A stretch of 64,000 nucleotides of DNA from Gemmatimonadota bacterium (GTDB lineage: Bacteria > Gemmatimonadota > Gemmatimonadetes > Longimicrobiales > Gaopeijiaceae), in assembly GCA_039589315.1 (NCBI GenBank), contig JBDHHQ010000002.1:32001-96000 (forward strand), given 5' to 3'. The notes under the pieces were generated by a model, which ran no database searches, was not told the DNA's origin, and saw only the letters and a list, made by a program, of their open reading frames with translations. Of the stretch, positions 39,700-54,818 are shown one piece after another. The position numbers and the translations under genes are program-made. Every line of letters begins with the position of its first letter. Positions within the stretch are counted from its first letter, which is position 1.

Positions 39700-40695
39700 C
39701 TACTTGATGCGACTTCTCAGGTCGTCCAGCTCGTCCCTGACCTGGGCCACCATCTCGGCAAGGAGGCCGAAGCCCAAGAGCAGGAATCCCAGCGTCTCGA
39801 GCAACATGACCAGGTAGAGGAGCGGGCGGAATCCCACGCCCTGCACGAAACGGAAGTAGAGGGCGACCACGCCCACGACGGTCCCGACGGCAATGAGGGC
39901 GAACCCGCTGAAGCCGAAGAGGATGAGGGGCTTGCGGGAGAACAGCAGCAGGAACCACACCGATACGAGATCCAGCAGTCCCACGACGATCCGCCACGAG
40001 CCCGTGTACTTCGACGATCCGGCCCGGCGGGGATGCAGGTCGATGTCGATCTCCGTGACGCTATAGCCTCGGGCATGGGCCAGTACCACGAAGAACCGGT
40101 GCCAATCGTGCCGGAGTGGGACCTCCTCGAGGATATCTCTTCTGAACGCCTTCATGGAGTTCAGGTCCGAGACGGGCACCTTGAAGATCCGCCGGCTCAG
40201 CCGGTTGTAGACCGAGGAGACGCCCCGCTTGTCATAGGGTCCCACCTTGCGACCCGTGACCATGTCCCAGCCGGACTGAAGCTCGGCGAGGAAACGGGGA
40301 ATCTCGTCTGGAAGGTGCTGCAGGTCGGCGTCGAACAGCACCAGATAGCGGCACTCCGTATCCCGGGCGGCCGTCAATATCGCCTCGGTCTTGCCGAGAT
40401 TGGTCCCGTGGGTCAGGACACGCAGACTCGTCCACCCCTGCCCTTCCCGCCGAGCCGTCTCGGCAGTGGCGTCGGTCGACCCATCGTCCACCAACAGAAC
40501 CTCGCCCGTGAGCCGGTAGCGGTCGAACGCGGCTCGCAGCTCACGGATGAGCTCGGGCACGACCTCGGCCTCGTTGTAGGCGGGAATCACGACTGCGAAG
40601 TCCCGACGGGTCGCATCCGTGAGGCTCGCCGCCGCGTCCAGGGCGGCAGTCATGGAAGAATCCCTCGGTGCCAGGGCTTCCTGAGACATGTGCAA
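39700..40695 (-). CDS. GT2 polyprenol-phosphate glycosyltransferase with two C-terminal TMs (ArnC/GtrB/CsbB-like)
   Basis: VIPAYNE, VDDGSTD, DADLQ, HRF, RRAGSSKY; start uncertain. Confidence 0.88.
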   Translation of the reverse strand: MHMSQEALAPRDSSMTAALDAAASLTDATRRDFAVVIPAYNEAEVVPELIRELRAAFDRYRLTGEVLLVDDGSTDATAETARREGQGWTSLRVLTHGTNLGKTEAILTAARDTECRYLVLFDADLQHLPDEIPRFLAELQSGWDMVTGRKVGPYDKRGVSSVYNRLSRRIFKVPVSDLNSMKAFRRDILEEVPLRHDWHRFFVVLAHARGYSVTEIDIDLHPRRAGSSKYTGSWRIVVGLLDLVSVWFLLLFSRKPLILFGFSGFALIAVGTVVGVVALYFRFVQGVGFRPLLYLVMLLETLGFLLLGFGLLAEMVAQVRDELDDLRSRIK

Positions 40696-40768
40696 GCTGT
40701 CGGAGGGGACGGAGCGTGTTTCGACCGTTAACCTAACAGGTTGAGCGGGGGGTCGGCCCCCTCGAGAC

Positions 40769-42274
40769 TCAGACGCGCTTCCGCATGCGCGCCGGCAGGA
40801 TCGCGAGCTGGTCCCTGTACTTGGCCACGGTCCGTCGTGCGATCTTGACCCCGTCGGTCTTCAGGAGGTTGACGATGGCCTGATCGGTGAGGGGCCTTTG
40901 TTCGTCCTCGTCCTCCACGAGCTTCTGGATCTTGGCCTTCACACCGCGGGCGCTGATGTTCTCACCGCTGGTAGTGGACAACCCGCTCGAGAAGAAGAAC
41001 TTCAGCGGGTACACGCCTCGTGGCGTCTGCACGAACTTCTCGTTCGTGACGCGGGAAACCGTGGACTCGTGCATGTCTATGTGGTCGGCCACCTCCCGCA
41101 GCGTCAGGGGCTTCAGGTATTGGACGCCTCGCTCGAAGAAGTCCCGCTGCCGATCGACGATGAAGTTCATGACCTTGAGCATGGTCTGACGCCGCTGCTC
41201 GATGGCCTGAATCATCCAGTTGGCCGAATTGAGCTTGCTGGCGATGAACTCCTTGTTCGCGCCCTGGAACTTGTTCTTGTCCCGGGCGACCTCGCGATAG
41301 GACTGGGAGAGGCGGAGGCGCGGGAGGTTGGTGTCGTTGGCGAACACCATGTACTCGCCGTCGATCTTGTCCACGATCAGGTCGGGGATGACGTATTGCT
41401 CGAGCTCTGCCGAATGCTTGAGACCCGGCTTGGGGTCGAGCTTGGCGATCTCGTCCGCGGCATCCTGGACCTCCCGCGGGCTGATCTCCATGGCCCGCGC
41501 GATGTCCGCCCAGCGGTGGCTGATCAGGTCCTCGAAGTGGGTCTGGGCGATGGCATAGGCCAACGTGTCGGATAGATCCAGCCGTCGAAGCTGGATCAGG
41601 ATCGATTCGCGCAGGTCACGGGCGGCTACGCCAGGCGGATCGAATTCCTGGATCCGCATGAGCATCTCTTCGGCTTCTTCCAGGCAGTACGGCCGGAACT
41701 GCCGCTCGACGGTCTGAAGGGCCTGCGCCCGCTCCTCCGAGTCCTCGATGGCCCGTGCATCGGAGTGCGCGGCCTCGCGCTCGGCGTCGAGCCACTGGTT
41801 GAGGGCAGCCGCCACTTCCTCCAACGGGTATGACACGGAGCCATCGTCGTCCACGTTACCGATGATCTCCTCGCCCAGAATGTGCTCGCGGGCGGACAGG
41901 GACAGAAGCCGAAGCTGATCGATCAGAAAGCCCTGAAGATCCCTCCGCTCCACCTGAGTCGGCTGGTAGTACTCGCGCTCTTCGTACTGCTGGCGACGGC
42001 CTCCGACGTCGAAGCCGTCGAGGAGTATCTCCTCCCAATCGATCTCGTTCTCGTCCTCTTCCCCGTCGTTCTCCTCTTCGAGCTCCACGTCGTCCTGGAC
42101 GTCGGCCTCACTCATCTCGAGGAAGGGGTTCTGGTTCAGCTCCTGCTTCAGGTGAATCTGCAGATCCAACAGGGGCATGTAGAGCAACTCCATCGCCTGA
42201 TACAGGCGTGGGTTGATCTTCATCTCCTGCCTGAGTTGGGTGCTCTGGAACAGCTTTGCGTTGAATCCGCTCAT
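40769..42274 (-). CDS. rpoN: RNA polymerase sigma-54 factor
   Basis: [24 protein letters not shown], RpoN box ARRTVAKYR. Confidence 0.97.
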   Translation of the reverse strand: MSGFNAKLFQSTQLRQEMKINPRLYQAMELLYMPLLDLQIHLKQELNQNPFLEMSEADVQDDVELEEENDGEEDENEIDWEEILLDGFDVGGRRQQYEEREYYQPTQVERRDLQGFLIDQLRLLSLSAREHILGEEIIGNVDDDGSVSYPLEEVAAALNQWLDAEREAAHSDARAIEDSEERAQALQTVERQFRPYCLEEAEEMLMRIQEFDPPGVAARDLRESILIQLRRLDLSDTLAYAIAQTHFEDLISHRWADIARAMEISPREVQDAADEIAKLDPKPGLKHSAELEQYVIPDLIVDKIDGEYMVFANDTNLPRLRLSQSYREVARDKNKFQGANKEFIASKLNSANWMIQAIEQRRQTMLKVMNFIVDRQRDFFERGVQYLKPLTLREVADHIDMHESTVSRVTNEKFVQTPRGVYPLKFFFSSGLSTTSGENISARGVKAKIQKLVEDEDEQRPLTDQAIVNLLKTDGVKIARRTVAKYRDQLAILPARMRKRV

Positions 42275-43470
42275 ACTACTTTCGCCACGGGCCGTTCGTA
42301 TCGTTGCCGCATGCGTTGTGTCAGGGTGGGCCCAAGATAGATGTCGGCAACTTCGTCATTCCAGACGAGTTCGGAAACCGTCCCGCTGACCCGGATCCGC
42401 CCTTCGTACATGATGTAAGCCCGGTCCACGATCTCCAGGGTCTGCTCGACGTTGTGGTCCGTGATGATGACGCCGATGCCCCGATGCTTCAACTCGCCGA
42501 CGATTTGCTGGATGTCGTTCACCGCGATGGGGTCGATTCCCGCGAACGGCTCGTCCAGCAACATGAACTTCGGTCGCTGCACCAGGGCCCGGGTGATCTC
42601 GAGCCTTCTGCGCTCACCGCCGGACAGGGAATACGCCTTGTTGTCCCGGAGGTGGGTGAGGGAGAGCTCGGCCAAAAGCCCCTCCAGACGTTGCCGTCGT
42701 TCCTGGCGGGGCAGCTTGATGGTCTCGAGGATGGCGAGGACGTTCTCCTCGACCGTGAGCTTCCGAAACACCGACGGCTCCTGCGCGAGGTACCCGACGC
42801 CCATGCGTGCCCTCTTGAACATGGGCACGTTCGTGATCTCCTTCTCGTCGAGGTGCACGCTGCCGGTGTTGGGTGGAATCAACCCCACGATCATGTAGAA
42901 GGTCGTGGTCTTGCCCGCCCCATTGGGTCCGAGAAGCCCGACGATTTCGCCCTGCTCCACCTCGATGGCGACGTCGTTCACCACCTTGCGCTTGCGGTAC
43001 ACTTTGGTGAGATCGTGGGCATGAAGGCGGCTTCCCTCACCAGGCGTGATGCCATGCGAGGCTACGTCGGCGTCGTCCCGGCTCGACAGCCGCTGCACGG
43101 CAGCGTCGGCCTCCTCCTGCGCCTGTGGCCGGGCACTGCGTAGCGCGTCCCAGAGGTCGGCGCGAAAGGCCAACCCCTCCCATCCCTCGCCGGGCGGCTG
43201 CCGCACCACCATCCGGCGGGCTTCCAGACGGGCCACCAACTCTTCCAGGTACCGGACCATGCCACGCTCCCCGGGCTGCTCTCTTCCCGGAGCGGCGGAT
43301 CGGTCGGACAGCTGCTGGTAGGCCTCCCGCACGGCCGCGACCCACGTCCCCCGATCGGCGCTGCCCAGGTCGTCGGCTGCACGGAGAAGCTCGGCCAGGG
43401 CCACCGACACGGAGAGGTCGTGGCGGGAGAGGCCAGCGACGTAGGCCACGAACTCCTGGAGGGTATTCAC
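42271..43470 (-). CDS. lptB: LPS export ABC ATPase LptB with an extra ~145-aa N-terminal domain
   Basis: [52 protein letters not shown] 43470 overlaps the upstream TGA and has an AGGAG RBS. Confidence 0.93.
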   Translation of the reverse strand: MNTLQEFVAYVAGLSRHDLSVSVALAELLRAADDLGSADRGTWVAAVREAYQQLSDRSAAPGREQPGERGMVRYLEELVARLEARRMVVRQPPGEGWEGLAFRADLWDALRSARPQAQEEADAAVQRLSSRDDADVASHGITPGEGSRLHAHDLTKVYRKRKVVNDVAIEVEQGEIVGLLGPNGAGKTTTFYMIVGLIPPNTGSVHLDEKEITNVPMFKRARMGVGYLAQEPSVFRKLTVEENVLAILETIKLPRQERRQRLEGLLAELSLTHLRDNKAYSLSGGERRRLEITRALVQRPKFMLLDEPFAGIDPIAVNDIQQIVGELKHRGIGVIITDHNVEQTLEIVDRAYIMYEGRIRVSGTVSELVWNDEVADIYLGPTLTQRMRQRYERPVAKVV

Positions 43471-45719
43471 GGCATCTCCTGGTCTCGCGTCCACGCTGGC
43501 CCACCCGCGCTCGCGGCGCCTGGCGTGTCAGGAAGGGGGGAGGGCGTGGGCCCGGAGAGCTCCCCGTCCAGCGCCGTCCCGGAAGAGTCCGAGGGGGTGG
43601 CTCCGGATGCTGCGGTGTCCGCAGCGGGAGGGATCGGCAAGGCCACCGTGTCGGCCACGGCGGAATCCGGGGGAAGCGAATCCGGCAGCGCCGGCACGGC
43701 CAGCGGCTCCAGGTGGTATCCACGGGTCTGGCCCGACACCTCCATGGATGTGATCTCGCCATCCTGCATTCGGATCGTGATCTCCGCTCCGGTGACGTAG
43801 TGGAGGGCCAGGCGCCCCGCAGCCGGAGCGCCCGTCGTGTCGGAGGGCGTCATGCGGTACAGACTCCGGGCCGAGCCCTGAGCGACGATGCGATCGACCG
43901 TGTACTGGCCTCCGGGCTCGCCCGGCGTGGCAGCCGAGTCGGCAGCCCGTGCGGTGGCAGCCGAAAGCAGCGCGGCAACCGCCGCGGCCGAGTCCAGGGG
44001 CGGTGGCGCGGCGGCGGAGTCCAGGGCCAGCACGGCGGCGGCCGAGTCCACGAGTGGTGAGGCCGGAGCCGAGTCGGGGGTCTCCGCGGTCGCGGTCGAA
44101 TCCAGAGCCAGCGCGGCGGCAGCCGAGTCCACGAGCGATGGGACCGGAGCCGAGTCGGGGGTCTCCGCGGCGGCGGCTGAATCCAGAGCCAGTGCGGCGG
44201 CAGCCGACACCGGCTTGAAGTAGGCCACGATCGTGCGTCCCTCCATCCAGTCCCGTCTCGCGACCTCGGGCGTATCCTCGGTATTGAGGGAGTCGCGGCT
44301 CAAGGACTCGCCCCGGGCCGAGCCCACGGCCACGACCTGCTCCAGGATCTCGTTTGGAGCCACGACTTCGAGGGAATCTCCCTCCAACACGAAATCCTCG
44401 GCGATCGCCCGAGGACGAGGTGGCAGCGCGGCCACGTCTTCTCCTTCCTCCTCGGTGCCGGCGGGGCCAGCGGCCGGAGCGGCGGACTCTTCCCTGGGAT
44501 CCGCAGCGCTCGTGTCGGGTGGCTCCTTCACCGCGACCATCCGGTGCAGCGTGCCGTCTGCCAGGTAGATGCGGATCTCGTGGGCGCTGACGTCGACCTG
44601 CTCGCTCACCAGCAGCGCCTCTCCGATGGCCCGGACCTCGGTCGTCTGAGCGTCGTCCTCACCGAGCGAGAGAGCTGCGCCGGTGAGCTCGTACGCATCC
44701 TCCTCGATCCCCGCATTCCCCAGCAACATCACGTCACCGATCTGCTGGTCGAATTCGAGGGAGTCACCTACGGCCTCCAGGCTGTCCCTTCGGATCACGA
44801 CGTCGCCCATGGCTCGAAAAAAGCGATCGCCTGCGATGGAAAACCGCGTCGCGTCGACCTCGTAGGGACGGTCGCTTCGCGCAGGCGGCGGCGTCTGCGG
44901 GCTCACCTCGGTGAGCTGCGCGTCTTGGGCGCCGCCGACGCTGTCCGAGGCGCTTGCCAGCGCGTCGGGTCCCGGCATCGTGTCGGGGGCCGCATCCGCC
45001 TGCCCCTCTGGCGCCACCGGCTCCAGAGCGCCGACAGCGGCCCCGGCCGAGTCGGAGACCACCGACGGGTCCACCCGGCCGCGTCGGTCCGCTGGGCTCA
45101 CCACGGAATCGCTCGGTGCCCCACCCGCCTCGAGCGAATCGGCGACCGGCCCTTCGGCCACCGCGATCTCGTCAGCCTCGTTCTCTGGAGCGGACGTCTC
45201 AGATCGCTCCGGAGGAAAGAGAATCGCGTGGGGGTCCCCACCGTGCACGTTGAGGATGTCCTCGGCCTGGAACCGGTTGGCGCGAATGTAGATCACAGTG
45301 TCCCCGGTGATCACCGAGTTCCTGATCTTGTCGATGATGCGGCCGTTACCCGTGGCCACGAGGCGCTTTGCGCGGTCGAAGTAGTTGGCCCGGTCAGCGT
45401 TCAGCCGCTTCTCCTGGTCCTCGAACATCACGTTGTCGAAGAGCTGCGTGTAGCCAGAGGCCTCGAAGATCACCGCGCTGTCGGCCTGGATGCGAATTCC
45501 CCCGGCACAGCGCACCTCCATGGGTCCGCTCACGTACGAGTTCGACGTGCCGTCGGAGAGGACGCGGATGTAGACCCACTGATTCCTCACCAACTCACAG
45601 TCCTGGGGATCCTGCGCGAGATCCTGGCCCGGAAACGGGATCTGGGCGCTGGCGCCCTTCACCGGCGCGAGGGCCAGCGCGGTGATGCACACGAAGAGGA
45701 ACCGAGCCCGCCGCGACAT
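43467..45719 (-). CDS. Large OstA/LptA-like periplasmic beta-jellyroll protein with low-complexity D-S/T-rich inserts
   Basis: Lies between lptC and lptB; signal peptide; jellyroll-type strands ([38 protein letters not shown]). Confidence 0.75.
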   Translation of the reverse strand: MSRRARFLFVCITALALAPVKGASAQIPFPGQDLAQDPQDCELVRNQWVYIRVLSDGTSNSYVSGPMEVRCAGGIRIQADSAVIFEASGYTQLFDNVMFEDQEKRLNADRANYFDRAKRLVATGNGRIIDKIRNSVITGDTVIYIRANRFQAEDILNVHGGDPHAILFPPERSETSAPENEADEIAVAEGPVADSLEAGGAPSDSVVSPADRRGRVDPSVVSDSAGAAVGALEPVAPEGQADAAPDTMPGPDALASASDSVGGAQDAQLTEVSPQTPPPARSDRPYEVDATRFSIAGDRFFRAMGDVVIRRDSLEAVGDSLEFDQQIGDVMLLGNAGIEEDAYELTGAALSLGEDDAQTTEVRAIGEALLVSEQVDVSAHEIRIYLADGTLHRMVAVKEPPDTSAADPREESAAPAAGPAGTEEEGEDVAALPPRPRAIAEDFVLEGDSLEVVAPNEILEQVVAVGSARGESLSRDSLNTEDTPEVARRDWMEGRTIVAYFKPVSAAAALALDSAAAAETPDSAPVPSLVDSAAAALALDSTATAETPDSAPASPLVDSAAAVLALDSAAAPPPLDSAAAVAALLSAATARAADSAATPGEPGGQYTVDRIVAQGSARSLYRMTPSDTTGAPAAGRLALHYVTGAEITIRMQDGEITSMEVSGQTRGYHLEPLAVPALPDSLPPDSAVADTVALPIPPAADTAASGATPSDSSGTALDGELSGPTPSPLPDTPGAASAGGPAWTRDQEMP
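43930..44210 (-). repeat. Intragenic 81-bp (27-aa) tandem repeat, ~2.5 copies plus a degenerate tail
   Basis: Equivalent Ser codons at 44207, 44126 and 44045; unit [27 protein letters not shown]. Confidence 0.9.
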
Positions 45720-46309
45720 CAGGGTCCGCCGTTACCGGACCGACCTCGCGCGCCGAAGATCCTCACGCTGGTGAAGTCCAGGTCGGACTCGAACGCGTCA
45801 CCCGTCGAGCGCCGGCCGTCGTGGATCATGACGGTGGCCGTATCGCTCCAGATGCGATCGCGATTGGGATCGTAGTTGAGCTGGGAGCTCTCGATCCGGC
45901 GGTTCTGCTCCGGAATGGTCAGGACCACGTCGCCGCGGGCCTGCATACGCTGCGTATTGGGATCGACCGCACCGCGGTTGGCGGTCACGAAGGCCCGCTC
46001 GTTCCCCGTCTCCCCGTAGAGGGTCAGCTGGAGAGAGCGAACGTCGATCTCGACGGAATCCCGATACGTGTAGGCGGTGTCGGCATAGAGGAGCGCTTCT
46101 CTGATGCCCTCCACGGTGATGTACATGCGCATCCCGAAGACCGCCTGGTCCGCCTCCAGCTCCTGGAGCTCGGAGGCCGCCACTGGTGTCTCCGGCTCCT
46201 CGCTGCAGGCGCCCGCGACGAGGGCCAGGACGAACAGGCCCACGAGGCACCGTTCCCGCCCGGACTTCGACCGGTTCGCGTCGTCTTCGGCCATCACGAC
46301 TTCATCCAA
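45719..46309 (-). CDS. lptC: LPS export protein LptC
   Basis: Jellyroll motifs (LYADTA, VTANRG, ARGDVV, IESSQLNYD, IWSD, TGDAFESD); operon position. Confidence 0.85.
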   Translation of the reverse strand: MDEVVMAEDDANRSKSGRERCLVGLFVLALVAGACSEEPETPVAASELQELEADQAVFGMRMYITVEGIREALLYADTAYTYRDSVEIDVRSLQLTLYGETGNERAFVTANRGAVDPNTQRMQARGDVVLTIPEQNRRIESSQLNYDPNRDRIWSDTATVMIHDGRRSTGDAFESDLDFTSVRIFGARGRSGNGGP

Positions 46310-46327
46310 GGGCCAACGGTCTCCAGC

Positions 46328-48791
<2,464 letters not shown>

Positions 48792-48858
48792 CGACTCCTC
48801 CGGAGGTGCTCAGGAGAGCCGACATCCACCAGTGCGTAGGCAATATCCACGCCGGTAA

Positions 48859-48887
48859 AAGGTAGGCCTCCGACCCCGGTGTGGCAA
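48859..48887 (-). promoter_or_regulatory. Putative sigma70 promoter for kdsB-pyrG-lpt-rpoN
   Basis: Minus strand TTGCCA-N17-TACCTT, ~70 bp upstream of kdsB. Confidence 0.55.
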
Positions 48888-48928
48888 GGCGGAGGTAGAC
48901 CCGGACGCACCCTGCCGCGACGCGGGAT

Positions 48929-51749
<2,821 letters not shown>

Positions 51750-51962
51750 AGCGATTCCCCGGGGAGAGCATGGCGTTCTTCCCGTGCGGACCGGGCACCC
51801 GGTCGACGGAACACGGCGTACTCTCGTCGAACCGCACCGTCTCGTAAAGGTTCCCGCCACCGAAGGCGTAGGTTTCGTGAGCACGAGGCGGCCGTTCCGC
51901 AGCACAGGCCCGGTCTTCACGAGCGGTGCACGACCGGCTCTGCACATCGGAGGACCATAGAA

Positions 51963-53009
51963 TTGTTTACACGGTGTCTGGTCTGCACGGCGCCCTTCCC
52001 CGCCAACGAGACGCTCGAGCATTTCCCCAATGCCGGGCGGGTCGCCTTCGACCCGGTGAAGGGGCGTCTGTGGGCGGTGTGCAAGGAGTGCAGGCGCTGG
52101 TCGCTGGCGCCGATCCAGGACCGGTGGGAGGCCCTGGAGGAGTTGGAGAAGCTGGTCAAGGACCGGGCCCGCCTCCTCCACCAGACGGACAACGTGGCGC
52201 TCCTCCGCTATCCGCCTCTGGAGATCGTCCGCGTCGGCCGGGCCAACCTGACCGAGGAGGCGTGGTGGAGATACGGGCGGGAGCTGCGACAGCGCCGGGA
52301 GTCCTACAAGAAGCTCACCTTCGCCGGCACGATCGCGGCGGGCGCAGCCGCCTGGGGCGGCCTGGCCAGCGGGGGGCTCGGATGGCTGGGCGCGTGGATC
52401 CTGTGGGAGCACGCGCCCGACAAGCTTACCCAGGGCGCGCGTTGGCTGCGCTTCGGCAGCACCGCTTGGCGGGGAAACCGTCGCTGCGAGAGGTGCGGCC
52501 ACCGCTTCTCGAGCCTGGCGTACCGTGACCGGAGCGGGCTGATCCTGCGTCCCGGCGACGCCGAGGACGACCCGGGAGGCGAGTCGGCGCTCGGCATCGT
52601 GAAGCGCTGCCCGCGTTGCGGTGGTCACCTGGGGGCGGGCCTGACGCTGACGGGCCTGGAAGCCGAGCGGACGCTCAGGCGCGTGCTCGCCTACCACCAC
52701 TTCGCGGGAGCGTCCGAGCGCCGCGTGGAATCGGCGACCCGCCTCATCCAGGAGGCCGGCTCGGCGGGCGACGCCGCCCGCCTGCTGGTTCGTCAGGGCA
52801 AGCACCTCGGAGAGCTCCGCCGCACCGGGGCCATCGCCCTGGAGATCGCCGCGAACGAGCACGCGGAGCAGCGGCTGCTGGAGCTGGAGCTGGCGGACCT
52901 CGAGAACCGCTGGCGAGAGGAGGAAGAGCTTGCCGCCATCATCGACGGCGAGTTGACGCCGGTTCCCCTCCTCGAGACCCTGCGACGCAAGGCCACGGGC
53001 CGGGGATGA
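51963..53009 (+). CDS. Hypothetical protein with four CxxC motifs, a central hydrophobic segment and a C-terminal coiled coil
   Basis: GGAGG RBS; CLVC, CKEC, CERC, CPRC; protein-like composition. Confidence 0.8.
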   Translation: MFTRCLVCTAPFPANETLEHFPNAGRVAFDPVKGRLWAVCKECRRWSLAPIQDRWEALEELEKLVKDRARLLHQTDNVALLRYPPLEIVRVGRANLTEEAWWRYGRELRQRRESYKKLTFAGTIAAGAAAWGGLASGGLGWLGAWILWEHAPDKLTQGARWLRFGSTAWRGNRRCERCGHRFSSLAYRDRSGLILRPGDAEDDPGGESALGIVKRCPRCGGHLGAGLTLTGLEAERTLRRVLAYHHFAGASERRVESATRLIQEAGSAGDAARLLVRQGKHLGELRRTGAIALEIAANEHAEQRLLELELADLENRWREEEELAAIIDGELTPVPLLETLRRKATGRG

Positions 53010-53098
53010 AGATCCCTCTGGCGCCCCACGAACGTCGCCGCTAGCCTGCGGGCGATCCCCAACCCCAGGTCACGAACCGGAAGCAGACGCCCGACTCC

Positions 53099-54742
53099 AT
53101 GACCTCACCGCTGGCCTTCCTCCTCTCAATGGCCCTCGTGGCTCCCACCCCACTGCAGGACCCCGAGCCCAAGGGTGGGTTCGACGAGCTGGCCGATGGG
53201 TTTCTGGCTTTCCATCTCTACTTCAACCCAGTGCGTGCATCACTCGCTGGCGAGAGAGATTACGACTCACGACTGCCTGACGTGAGCCGGGCAGCCTTGC
53301 GAGCGAGAGCCGAGGCGTACCAGCTATGGCTGGATCGCCTGGGCTCCGTCGATCCCGCACGTTCGGTCGGAGACGCTCGGGAGGACCGGGTCCTTCTGGA
53401 GCGCGCCATCCGGGCGGAACTGCTGGACCTCGTGGAGGTGCGCAGGTGGGAGCGGGATCCGGCGTTCTACCTGGACCTGATCGCTTCGGGTGTGGCCATC
53501 CTCGTGGAGGACACGGGGATTCCCCTGCGGAACAGGATGAACGCCCTCACCTCCCGGCTGCGCCAGGTGTCGACAGTCCTCGCCGAGGCCCGTACCAACC
53601 TCCGCGGAGGGGTCCCGGAGGTCTTCGTCGACCCGTCGCTGCGAGGTGCCACGCGCCTGGAGGCGTTCCTGAGCACCGACGTATCCCGGGCATTCGCGGC
53701 GGTGCCGCCCGGTCCGGGACGGGACGACTTCACCCGCGCCCTCTCCCGGGCGGCTGCCGAGGTGGCCGAGTACAGCAACTTCCTGGCGCGCGAGGTCCCC
53801 CGCGGCGGAGACTTCCGCCTGGGTCCAGATCGCCTGGGCTGGCTGCTCCGATACCGGGAGCACATCGACGAGTCGGCGGCCGAGATCGTCGCTCTCATCG
53901 ACGCCGAGATCGTCGAGGAGCGAGCCCGACTGGAGAGCCTGGGCGGCTCGAGCGACGCGGCGGCCGGAACGCTCTCAGGGGAAGCCGGACGCGCGACCGC
54001 GGCCGCCCGCGACTTGATGACAGCGGCCCGGGGCCTCGTATTCCGTTCTCTTTTCGTGACGATCCCCTCGGACGAGCAACCGCGGGTGGCGACCCGGTCG
54101 CCCCTGTTCGCCTGGGAAGAGCCCGACGTCTGGGGACCGGGCCCCCTCCAGCCCTACGACGGGCCCTCTACCCTGTACCTGATCGAGGACATTGCGTCCG
54201 GACCCGCCAACACCGCCCAGGTGGGCGCCGCGGTGCTCGAGGCGGGGTTCCCGGGGCGATTCGTCGAGCGCCTCTATGCCCGACGGGCACCCACCCGGCT
54301 CAGGAAGGTGGTCAGACCGGCGACGCTGCGGGCCGGTTGGTCCAGCTACGCGGCAGCGCAGCTGGTCGAGTCCGGTTTTGGATCCGAAGACCTAGCCCTC
54401 CTGGCGGCCCACACCCAGCGCCGCCTGCTCGCTCTGGCCGAGACCCGCGCCGCCATTCGAATGCACACCACCACCCTGGGTGTGGAGGACGCCGCCGCAG
54501 AGGTGATGCGCGACGCCGGAGTGAGCGCGAGCGAAGGCCGGAGCTCGGCCGTGCGTGCCGCACACCGGCCGCTCGAGGACGGGATCCTGGGGAGCCTCCA
54601 GATCCGGGCCCTCCGGGAAGACTTCCTGGCAGCCTCCGAAGACGACGAAGCCCGAGCGCAGCGGCACTTCCATGACGCCCTGTTGGCCTCGGGACTGCCA
54701 CCGGCCCTGGCCCGGTCGTTGCTCCTCAGGGAGTTGCCCTGA
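53099..54742 (+). CDS. DUF885-like secreted protein (degenerate)
   Basis: NPVRASLAG..YDSRLPD, LGSLQIRALRE, FHDALL. Confidence 0.7.
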   Translation: MTSPLAFLLSMALVAPTPLQDPEPKGGFDELADGFLAFHLYFNPVRASLAGERDYDSRLPDVSRAALRARAEAYQLWLDRLGSVDPARSVGDAREDRVLLERAIRAELLDLVEVRRWERDPAFYLDLIASGVAILVEDTGIPLRNRMNALTSRLRQVSTVLAEARTNLRGGVPEVFVDPSLRGATRLEAFLSTDVSRAFAAVPPGPGRDDFTRALSRAAAEVAEYSNFLAREVPRGGDFRLGPDRLGWLLRYREHIDESAAEIVALIDAEIVEERARLESLGGSSDAAAGTLSGEAGRATAAARDLMTAARGLVFRSLFVTIPSDEQPRVATRSPLFAWEEPDVWGPGPLQPYDGPSTLYLIEDIASGPANTAQVGAAVLEAGFPGRFVERLYARRAPTRLRKVVRPATLRAGWSSYAAAQLVESGFGSEDLALLAAHTQRRLLALAETRAAIRMHTTTLGVEDAAAEVMRDAGVSASEGRSSAVRAAHRPLEDGILGSLQIRALREDFLAASEDDEARAQRHFHDALLASGLPPALARSLLLRELP

Positions 54743-54818
54743 GCCGACCCGCTCCCTCTCCGGCGAGCCGGGGGCCCGCCCCCTTCATCGGCTCCGCACG
54801 GGTCGGTGAGAGGCCCGG

